Below are positions 53,090-64,000 of a DNA stretch of 64,000 bases, one piece after another (position 1 is the first letter of the stretch; each line of letters opens with the position of its first letter). The translations under genes and the position numbers were made by a program. The stretch covers positions 124,062,001 to 124,126,000 of the forward strand of contig NC_042998.1 of NCBI RefSeq assembly GCF_006345805.1, read 5' to 3'. Below the pieces are notes generated by a model that made no database searches, had not been told where the DNA came from, and saw nothing but the letters and a program-made list of their open reading frames with translations. The stretch is from Octopus sinensis (Eukaryota).

Positions 53090-53989
53090 CCTCTTTCACT
53101 TTATCTTTGATAGTCCGTCCAATTCCTCGGTGTTATTATGTCCTTTACAGAGGACCTTTATCTTACTTTCTCTCCTTCTGACACGAAATTCTTTTTTATT
53201 CTCGCACTGATCTAAATCTTTTATCGTAGTTTGTGAGTCACTAGTTTCTTCTCGTAACCATATTTCTCGCTGACACATAGATTTTCTAATACTGTTGACG
53301 TCTCATTTTTGCATTATCACTGTTAATCCTTCTATGGAATCAATGATTATCAACTAATTTAAACAACAAACCTACAAATCCACAAATCAACAGCATTCAA
53401 TATTGCAGCAAGAAATTTTCTTAAAACTCAGTTTCTTCGTGACATCTGAATAGATGCATCTTTTTCAATTTGACATTAAATACTTTTAGCTGAAAATGTA
53501 TAACCTCTGAAACTCATCGAAGGTGGTTCAGGAGAAGCCGATATCATTTTGAGAAAAATATGATGCTGGACCCAGGTATTCCTAAAATATGATGCTGGAC
53601 CCAGGTATTCCTAAAACAAAAATTTCCCAGGCATCATTAACGATACTGATGCTACGACACGAGCAATTTTCATTCATCATCTTCAGGTATGTAAACCGAC
53701 TTTACTAACATATTGAAGAATGACATATTAATAGAATATATGTGATGCCTTCTGGCGTGTAATCCTTTTCACACTCTTCTTTATTGCAGCAGACCTTCTA
53801 GACCTTGTTAATAAGAGATCTACCAAACTTGCGCATACTAACACATTATCACGTAACAAAGTGAATGTGACATATAACAGTATGATATATAACATTCCTA
53901 CGGCAAAATTTAACCACATTTACCGTCAATTTAATTCAGCAAATTCACAATATATATTTCATATACATTTATACACATACACATAAATA

Positions 53990-55450
53990 CATACTTTAAT
54001 TTCCGGCATACCAAACCTAAACTAGTCAATCTCACTTCACTGCATTTATTTGACAACATAGACTTCCACAAAGCGGACTGGGAGGCAATTAGAAAGGATC
54101 TGTCTGTTATCGACTGGTCTTTCGCTCTCAGTTCCACTGACATTGAAACCACATGACGGCGCTTTGAGGACATTGTCACTTGTACATACTCAAAACACGC
54201 TCCTACGAAATTCTTAAGCACGAACAGAAACAGGATCCTTAGAGAGAAAAAAACATATGTCAGGAGCATCGAAAGACGTAATGAAAAAATAAAGCAATTA
54301 AAATACTCCACAATCAGCAACCACATTCAACAACAATGAAAAGGCATGTGTTGGAAAACAGACCTTGTGCAGATCAACACGAAAACCTGCATTGAAAATC
54401 AAAGGCCTGCAAAGGAACACTGGGTAATAAGACATCAAACAGAACCCAAAAGTGTTCTATTCATATGCTAATAAGGATAGGACATCTATCTCACCCGTTG
54501 GTCCACTGATCATTGATAACGGCATTCCCCAACATGATGTTAAAGAAATGGCAGAAGTACTGCAGAAACAATACTGATCTGTCTTTAGTGATCTCACTGA
54601 TTTTGACACAAGAGATGTGAACGAAGACATTTTTCAACATATAGTCTCGGACAAACCTTTGCTGCTTCAGACGTCATAAAAAGCAATAAATAAGATCAAA
54701 TACTATTCTGCTGTCGGCCCTGATAGATTCCCCACTAGTCTCCAGAAGGAATGTAAACAGCAACTTTCAGTCCTTCTAACCAACCTCTGGAGAAGTTCTT
54801 TAGATTCAGGTTATATACCGAAACAACGCTTATCTCAGTCTCATCCTGGTTTTCAAACAGTGAAACAGATCCCCCACAGTCAACTATCGCCCAATTTCAC
54901 TACCTTCCATATCATCAAAGTGTTCGAAAGGGCGTTGAAATCAAGGATAGCTGACTTCCTGGAGAGCCACAATCTCCTAAATTCAAACCAGCTTGGCTTT
55001 TGCTGTGGCAGGGCCTGTGTGATACAGCTCTTACACCACATCGATGACCTCCTTAAAGCCTTGGAATCAGGTTCGAACTCTGATGTCATATATCTTGACT
55101 TCAGTAAAGCTTTTGACAGAATCAACAACAATATCCTACTGTCAAAATTGTCAAATGTTGGAATCCCGTGGAAAACTACTACACTGGATTGAGTAATTCC
55201 TGAAGAAAAAAAACACATGCCGTGATCGTTGGAATCCACTCAAGCCCAGCAAAAGTCACCAATGGTGTCCCGCAGAGGACTATCTTGTGCTCGTTTCTGT
55301 TTATACTCTATATAAATGACATTTCGCCGATAACTCCAAGCCTCAGAAAATTATCAACGGAGAAGACCTAACTGAATCCGAGTCTGATCTACGTGCTGTA
55401 AGTCAATGTATGGACAAAAACAAAATGTGACTAACCGAGGGAAGATTTGA
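53990..55450 (+). mobile_element. Old CR1/L2-group LINE ORF2 fragment
   Basis: DFHKADWEAIR..., AVGPDRFP, KVFERALK...NSNQLGF...DVIYLDFSKAFD..., GVPQ.TIL...LYINDI, with many stops and frameshifts. Confidence 0.85.
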
Positions 55451-55489
55451 ACTGAAGCATTTTGGGAAAAAGCTATGCTAAATGAATCC

Positions 55490-55870
55490 TAGATCCTAAG
55501 AAACTTCCGCTCCAGAGAGCGAGGTGCCATAACTCCTCTTTTCTCCTCTTTTAAACAACCGCACCTCGAACTAGGCGAGCTAGGCAAGCAGGCCAGCATA
55601 CCCCCTTGATCGAAAGTGGGGCTGGAGCACGAAAAATGAAATCTTTTGCTCCAGAAAGAAACATGCTGCCTGATCTGGGAATGGAATCTAAGATTTAGCA
55701 ATCGTGAGTGCTACAGCGTAACCACTATGCAACGACGGGCTTTTAGTTGCCGTCTACAAAAAGCTTTGGTTAACCCGGGTCTATAGAAGTAAACACTTGC
55801 CCAGTGGGACTAGACTAGACCTGGAATCATGTGTTTGGAAAGCTAATTTCTTACCACACAGCCTTGCCTG
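55490..55870 (-). mobile_element. Type-C-like SINE (55490-55740) and a type-A head fragment
   Basis: Minus head GCATAGTGGTTACGCTGTAGCACTCACG...; the adjacent fragment matches the 13593-13720 reverse complement. Confidence 0.6.
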
Positions 55871-57575
55871 AGCCTGTGTGTGTGTTTAAATGTGTGTTGG
55901 GGTGTACTGTGTTGTGAGTGTAGGAATGTATTGATGTGAGAGCGTATGCAATATATGTGGTAGTGTTAGATACTGCGTGTCTTTAAGCATCCAAAATAAA
56001 CCGTGCGTTAAACGTGGAAGAACGTAGCTATATATAGTTGCATTAAATATACATGTTGGTATATACTTACATATAGCTCTCCCAGTGTTGTCGCACATAT
56101 ACATGCACTTGCTCAAATCTGTTTGCGACCATAAAGCTGTTATACAAACATTACGCTAACCTCTTCTCATTCGACCCCTGTCAAAATAGATAGGAAATTT
56201 GTTTACCCCGGGAGATATGCCGTGTAAAGTTAAAACAATTTGTTGCTCCCGGCACTTAAATATTCCAAAATGAATTTCATTCCGAATCCCTGTATTCCCT
56301 TTAAACTAAAGTGCTTTGTAAATGCTGTCAGCTGAATTCTTATGTAGTTGACATGCCAAGAGAGGATTATTTTGTTATGAAATAAAAGCAATTTTAAGCC
56401 TAGTTCTAGTCGAAATTGTGAGGCTGCTAAACCGTAAGCATTGACATAAGTTATAATTTTAATAATGTATTGCTGTAATGACATCTATATAATTTATTTC
56501 GGGTCATTAAGCTATGAATAATTGTTTTAAATCAGGAGTAATTTCACTGATCTAGAAATTGACGAAATATTGCAAATTCATCTATTAATATAGGTTTTTC
56601 TCTTAATATTTTATATAGAACTTACGGTTATAGAAAAGTTTTAAGTTCCTACAATTACGATAATTTAATTTCGATATTTTGAACAAATGTATTTAATCAC
56701 TGACATCACAATGAGTCAACGGCCGAATCGGGGATAAAATTTGGTGACCTTGTATCAACCGTATTTTCTGGAGAGATTAGGAAGCAGTATGTTATTGTAG
56801 ATTCCATCTTGTTTCTAGGAGTGCAATTAAATGATGAGTGCAATCATTTTATTTATTATAAGAATAGAAGAGGTTTAGATTCTAATGTTCAGAGACAGTT
56901 GGAATAACATGGCTCTGAAGTAGATTATTACTTTTGTTTCTATTCCCTTTAATGTAATTATTGAAGGATAGAAGTAGATGCATTCAATTCAGTTTAATTC
57001 ATTTAGCACCGGAAAAGTTTAAAGCTCTGAAAGGAAATTGGAAATAACGTAAAAGTTCAATAATGTTCGAGCTCCAGTAGCGATTGCATAAAACAAATAT
57101 TTATTTCTTCTAACTGGGCAAAAGTAACATTTTATAGGTATATAGGTGAAGGGTAATTACAGAGCGATTAATTTCAGTATAATATTATCTACTACCACCA
57201 TCACTATCGCGAAGAAAATGAAAGTAGATTCTGTTCTGAATGGGCGCATTTCGTTACTCTATCTTTATTTATATCGCTTGTAACCGCTTCATATCAAGAA
57301 AATAATTGAAACACTATTCTTCACTAATAATTTCAACTTTTTCATTGTTGGGCACAGCTTTTTCTCACGTTGTCTTTTAAATCACCGGATTTAATATTAC
57401 CTGGCTTCCAATATCTGTTGCTGTCGTTTACTCATAACGGTTAACGCTGATCGAACAGTTCTACGGTGCTCGGGGAGACGGCCAAATGACAAGGTCTGAC
57501 GCACAGAATTATTTTACTTCAGCAGCGATCATTCTGCAAATTTGTTGTTTAGTAATAAATCACATGACCATGATA

Positions 57576-57712
<137 letters not shown>

Positions 57713-57822
57713 CCGCGGTCCATACTGCCCATGTACACTTGTAGATTCGAATGGTTGTTACTGAAGGCACAAGAGGAATATTAGAGCAGAGTGTAGCAAT
57801 TATAGATACTCTACACTAATTA

Positions 57823-60138
57823 CACTGGGCAACAAAATAAATTTATTGTCTGCTAACCAGATAAAAAGTGGTATGCGAAACAAAATTTCGGTAGCACCAC
57901 AGAATTTTGAGTTATGCGCATAATTATATATGAAAAATATTTATTATAATAGTAAATTTGTACAATATATATTATACTTACGTTCAAGGCAAACGGTATT
58001 ATAACATAATGGTACGTAGTATATTTATGTTAAGGGAATACTCACTTTATTTTTGATACGCTCATCTCAGAAATGTTTGAGACACTAGCTCTTGCGCTTT
58101 TGCGTCCAGCTGGTTTCCTGTTGTTGGAATTGCAATAGTTACACATCATTTGTGGATTGAACCTGTCTTGACACTTCATTTCCATGTCAGATATGTCCTG
58201 GTTGAACCCCTCACCATTCCCATCACTAATGGCACCAAGATTCGTTGGAAAATATCAAGATGAGAATGCAAGAAGTGCATTTTAAGAGGCATTCGGCATC
58301 CCTTTCTTTCAAACGCTGTTAGCATGTTGTTTATTAAATCAGCATAGCCTTCAGCTCTATGATTTCCAAGAAAGTTCTGTACAACTAACACGAATGAATC
58401 CCATGCCATCGGCTCAACTGGATTCAGTTTACCTCTGAATTTGCTACTAAACATCAATTCTCTGATCTCGGGTCCAATGAAAATGCTTGCTTTCAGTTTT
58501 GCGTCCCTTTTCTCGACACCCAATTTTATTCTTAGATACTGGAAGCCACAGCCATTGTGTGTCATGGCTTTTACGAGGTTTTTCATGAGGCCGAAGTTGG
58601 TATAAAGCGGTGGAAGGAAGATCTTTTGCGGGTCTACCAGTTGCATATGCTGCACATTGTACCGACCAACTATACGCTCATCTCTTTTAGGCCAGTCTTT
58701 TACAGTGTAATGATTGCTGTAGCGGCTGGTCCAACACACAAGAAGCACTTATTTTTGGTATATCCCAAAATCACCTTTAAATTACCATAAATATTCCACT
58801 TATGAACTGAGTAATAAATCCTTTCATAAAGCGTTCCATCAGTTCATAAGTTTCTTCCATGCTGACCACATGACCCACAGGAATGGAAGGTTTTTCATTA
58901 CCATTATGTAACAAGACAGCTTTCAGGCTAACCTTACGCGAGTCGATAAACAATCTCTATTCGTTAGTTACATGCACGTGTCCTAGTTTTTTTCACGAGT
59001 GCATTAACGTCAGTACAGAAACAAGCATTATTTTTTGCTTGAAAAAGACAGATAAGCCTTTATGGCAAGAAGGAAAATAGAAATTTTTGTACCAGTTGGA
59101 GATTCCGTTGCTGTAGTTTGGATCCCAAAACTTTTGCCTTCATCTATGAAAATGCTAAGTTCTTTTTACTAAATCGTTCACACATTCTTAATAAACGTGG
59201 ATCATTTTTCTTAGAATCAACTACGTAGTCGACGTCGATAGGAGATTAAGGGGTTCATCGTGAGACGTGCCAAAGTCTTTAAGTGAATCATGAAAGAGGG
59301 GAACGGGAACAGGGTTCTCAAAGTCATGTGGAACCGGTTTTAGAGCCAATTTACAATCTGCATACACAATTTTTGTTTTGATTTGTTAGAAAAACCACTA
59401 ATAATAATTCTTTGCTGCCCACAAGGGGCTTCACACAGAGGGGACAAACAATGACAGACAAACGAATTAAGTCGATTATATGGACCCCAGTGCGTAACTA
59501 GTACTTATTTAATCGACCCCGAGAAGATGAAAGGCAAAGTCGACCTCGGCGCATGCAAAAGTAACAATCAGAGACGTGATTGGTTGGCTCACGCCATACC
59601 ATTGGTACGGTCTCTAGTTTTACACCCGAAATATTTATAGGCAGTCTTTAATTTGGTAGCAATGATCTTCCGCTGGTCACAGGGAGCAAATTTTACACAG
59701 ATATAAGAAAAGTTGTCTGGATGATTCACATAGCCTCTACTATTCATTATCTAACATAATGAACACAGTTAAAACAGTAATCACACAGAGCGAGAGATGC
59801 ACATAGCATACGTGACGGCAGGGCATGCGACACTGAGAGTTCCCAAGAAAAAGCTGACGTCGTATTTGGCGCTTGTACACAATATGCCGGCGCCATCTAT
59901 TGCTAAACTAATTAATGGACTTTCTATTGTTTTATTGCTGTTATTTCTTTAATTTTGAATTAAGACCGCTTCATGTTAGCAAATTTTGTAATATCGCCTA
60001 TATCTAGCCGAAAGCATAGTTAAAATCATGTGCATGCACATAACTCAAAATCCTGACATGCAAACCCAGAATCAGCACCCACAATTTAGTCTAAAACACA
60101 TGCTTTTACCCGAGTAGCAAAATCTTTGTTGTCCAGTG
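57823..60138 (-). mobile_element. Full-length decayed Chapaev3-like (CMC) DNA transposon
   Basis: TIRs CACTGGGCAACAAA (57823) and TTTGTTGTCCAGTG (60138); TTA TSD on both sides. Transposase remnants: N-term NHPDNFSYIC...PMVWREPTNHVSDCYFC, RLFIDSRKVSLKAVLLHNGN, LPPLYTNFGLMKNLVKAM, NFLGNH, KMHFLHSHLD. The family name is from recalled motifs. Confidence 0.8.
59408..59550 (-). mobile_element. 5'-truncated type-B SINE nested in the Chapaev3 transposase
   Basis: Reverse complement of the 21-kb array unit; interrupts the sequence right after ...DCYFCM. Confidence 0.8.
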
Positions 60139-60943
60139 TTATTAGTGTTGTGCATCATAGCGCAGTTTTGATCTATGACAAATAAAGCTAAAGCTATTTC
60201 TGTTTTGACTCAGTAGAACAGATAGTGCGTTTAGGATGAGGCGTTCAGAGTAGTTTTTCATCTTTCTTGTGTTGAGAGGTACCATGGTCTTGAAACCTGC
60301 TGCAACATACAAACCATTTCGAAGGAGACAAAAGTCGATTTTGGTTTTCCAAGTGCTGTTTAGATAACGTTGCCTTGTATGGCGGATGTGCATCGGCGTG
60401 GTTTCAGTTAAACTCTTATGCATTAATTAGCTGCTTTCGTTCATTGCGTTCAATTATAGTTTGCCTTAGAGAGATTAGAATGCGCGAGTAGGTCACGGTT
60501 GGTTTGTGTGAAATTGGTATTCAATTAGTATTCATTAAACTAAAGATAAAAAAAATTCTGAGACACGAGAATTGGAAATTATTGTTAAGAAATACATGTT
60601 CTTCACTATATTTCCGGTGAAGATTTAGATTAGCCAAATGACGTCTTTAAATTCAAATGAAACACTTCAAATTACATGAATAATTACCTTTAGAACATTA
60701 AAAAGCGCCATTACATTATCAGTAAAACTAACATTTGTCCTGAGCATTCTAAATAAAAACAGATTTTCAGACGTCAAGAACAATAGCCTCCAATTTTAAG
60801 TTTCCTAGTTACTGATGTTATGGGAAATTATCACCAATTACAATTTATAGACTTTGTATCAAACAAGTGCATGTAAACAGCACCATCGTGACGCATTAGA
60901 TCACAGGAATTTATATACACACATACACACACACACTCAATGC

Positions 60944-60978
<35 letters not shown>

Positions 60979-61546
60979 TATATATATATACACACACACA
61001 GACACATACACACACCTCCACAAAACGATCATACAAAGTGACAAGAATTCTTAAAAACCCAAAAAGACATCTGACCATCCCAACAATGTTAAAGGGAAAT
61101 ATAATTTATGGCTTACCTCCTACCATCACACACTCAATGACTCTGTGTGAAGTGGTCAGAAATAAAACCCCTTGAAATCAATATCCTGTCCAGCAGACCA
61201 AAAAAAATTCTTTCCTTCTTCTTCCCTCTCCCTTCCCCTCTTTCTCTTTAGCATCACCTCAGATACAAACACACACACGCACACACACACATACACACAT
61301 GTTCTCTTTCTCACTTCCTCCTCATCCACCTCACCCTCTTGTACTGTCTTACATTCCTCCCCACCACAACCAGAAACTATAAAATGATTAAAATCCCCAG
61401 CAAAGGAACTTATTTTCATTTGAAAACCCCACTAGAATGGGAGAAAGCGCTAATGAACTAAGTGATATGATATATATGTAAAAAATGTAATATATAAATA
61501 AATATCTGTAAATACAAACCATCCGATCTTCTGATTACCTCATTTC

Positions 61547-61549
<3 letters not shown>

Positions 61550-61589
<40 letters not shown>

Positions 61590-61590
61590 T

Positions 61591-61622
<32 letters not shown>

Positions 61623-61720
61623 CATATGTATATATGTATGTATATGTATATACACACGCACACACACATATATATGTATATATATATATATATATATATA
61701 CGTATATATATATATATGAA
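61550..61720. repeat. (TA)n/(TATG)n microsatellite block
   Basis: Direct sequence. Confidence 0.9.
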
Positions 61721-64000
61721 ATGAAATACATAGTCAAACTACCGGCTTCACTTATACTAGTCATGTTAAGCAGTTAGTGATATTGTTATAATTTCATGCT
61801 ATCATACGTTTTTAGTCCTTGGTAGCAGGAGAACACGTTTTTAGTAAATACACCATGAGATTATATGATTATCCCTTACAATTTAGTCATGATGATCATA
61901 AGCAAAACCGGTTGACTGTGTAAATATTTTATCTCATAGCAATATGCATATATATTTTTTAACATAAAATTTCTCTTCGTTTTCGTTCTTTTTATATTTT
62001 ACAACATAAATATATATATTCATGTATATGTGGTGTGCACGCGCGAACCTGCGTGTGTACGTATGTTTGTTTTTGTGTGTGCGCGCGTGTGTGTGTGTGC
62101 GTTTATGTGTGTGTATATGTGTAGCAGACTCTTGATGCTATTTTAAACGTAAACTAACTCACTTTAGAGCCTGTCGTTTAAAGCGGCTGCAGGATCGTAG
62201 GAATGATGTGCAGTAAAACTTAGTAGGATATGTCGAGGCTTGGGCAAATGTTTTTGTACACGAAAATTAGAAAACATTATTTTTATTACATTTGAATATG
62301 AATGGGTTGAGATAGTCATTGATTATATTCAAGTTTACAAAAAGTAGGTAATTTATATTAACAGAGGAAAATTAAACCATTTGTGTTCAACGTTGTACTG
62401 GGTCGAACAACATACCTGACCAGAGGTCAAAATTCTACAGAACTGAGATTTAACTAGATTTGTGAACAGGTCAAATATTCGGATATATGGAAAGAGACAC
62501 ACAAAAACCCCTGTACATGTTTGCATAGACATATTCTATAAGTCTTCCCTTAGATAATAGCACAAGTTTCAGACAGAAATGCGTAGATAAAATTATATTC
62601 ACATACCTTACCTTCAGAAAGTAACGAGTCAATTAGAAAAGTCATGCTAGTTGTATAAATGCCGATGTTGTCACGATGTGGAACAATCCATATCTAGTAA
62701 GATTAGTTGAAAATCATCCAATATAGAATTTTTTTCCGTCCTGGAACTCCAGTCAAAATATTAAATTTTAAATCAATAAGTTCATATATTATCAACGGTC
62801 ATAAATATTTCGTAGATATAGCGATAAATACATTCCTTTGTGCATATAAATTATGGTGCGATACAAAACTCATATGCATCTTGAACTTATATCTACTAAG
62901 CCATACCAACTCTGTCTGTTTATACATAGCGAACACCAACAGTGGTTAACGAGAGGACTAATTGTACGTCTATATATGCTTCAGAGAAAGTCGACTAGTT
63001 GTTGGTGCATATGTTAAATTATTGCTCACTGTAAAATTATATGAAACCGAATAATTGTTTGGTGATCAAATTTTGAAAGCAAATTTTCATGTATGTACAC
63101 GTACATGTAAATACCATACACGTATATTATGCATATTCATTTAAAACCATACAACGGAGAATTCATGCACACACAGACATTTATTTACGCACGCACACAC
63201 ACACACATATGTATGTACACCTGTATGAACGTGTATATAAGTATGGATATATATAGATATAAAATGTATACATATATACACATTCATACATATACATGTA
63301 TGTATATGTTTAAGCACACTCCTCGACGTTAAAAAACACGGAAAGTGTACATATATATTTTAATACGCATACACACATTAACGCACATATTCGCACACAA
63401 GGGCTGTGTATGTATGCGTATGTGTGTGTATGTGTGTTTGTGTATTTGTGTTAATGCATTGGAGAGTTAACATGGTGCGCATACCTTTCATATACACACA
63501 TAAAGATGTCCTTAAATATAAACACGTAAGCAGAATTGTGTGTGGGAAATAAAAACATATTTGCTTATATACACACACGGGCAGCTATAAAACACATCTT
63601 AAAAATACTCTTACACAGAAGCACAAGTCATCACATTTTTATTGCTGATACAAATATGACTACCAGACAGTATTTTATTGAAATGTATTCAAAAACACGA
63701 CTTTGAGTTCTTCAGGTTTATGACTCAACGCTGAATTTATAACTCGAGCATGCATACTTAAAATTGCACAAACAAATAACCTATACATATACATATATTA
63801 GCATAAGTTCATTTCTATACACGCAATGACACATGTATAAAAATACGTCCTTGTTGATATATGTGCACATGCACACAGCATAAATACTGCCGAAAATATA
63901 CAAATGCAGGAAATACTAAGCAAATCACACTCACAGATACTAATGTACAAGCTTATAGTAAAATGATTACTCAAAAAATACCCAAAGAGTGAGAGTGAGA

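Noticed and set aside
53547-53605. 27-bp direct tandem duplication (also a 15-bp one at ~26326-26355)
   Set aside because: Ordinary slippage duplications with no further structure.
60142-60423. 93-aa minus ORF next to the Chapaev3 end
   Set aside because: No homology recognised and no clear splice boundaries.

Overview
AT-rich, microsatellite-dense eukaryotic DNA with no recognisable complete host gene. It is most likely a coleoid cephalopod (Octopus); this is inferred from recalled SINE families and repeat style, not proven. The window is mostly a transposon graveyard. DNA elements: two mariners, a full-length decayed Chapaev3-like element with TIRs and a TTA TSD, a non-autonomous Helitron and a Merlin-like MITE. 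Retroelements: CR1-group, RTE, R4/Dong and Penelope LINE fragments, and many tRNA-derived SINEs including a five-unit tandem array. The strongest leads are: (1) two, possibly three, divergent L1/Tx1-type ORF1 (RRM-like + CCHC) units with no ORF2, i.e. a candidate HAL1-like 'ORF1-only' retroposon family; (2) a minimal dimer-type hammerhead ribozyme at a Penelope 3' end; (3) an (ATT)n tract acting as a landing pad for Dong-like and unknown ~555-bp elements; (4) a perfect 92-bp palindrome and a second ~90-bp hairpin; (5) a candidate 170-bp minus-strand exon of an unidentified gene. All alignments and folds were done by eye, and most ordinary ORF-track entries are microsatellite or antisense artefacts.
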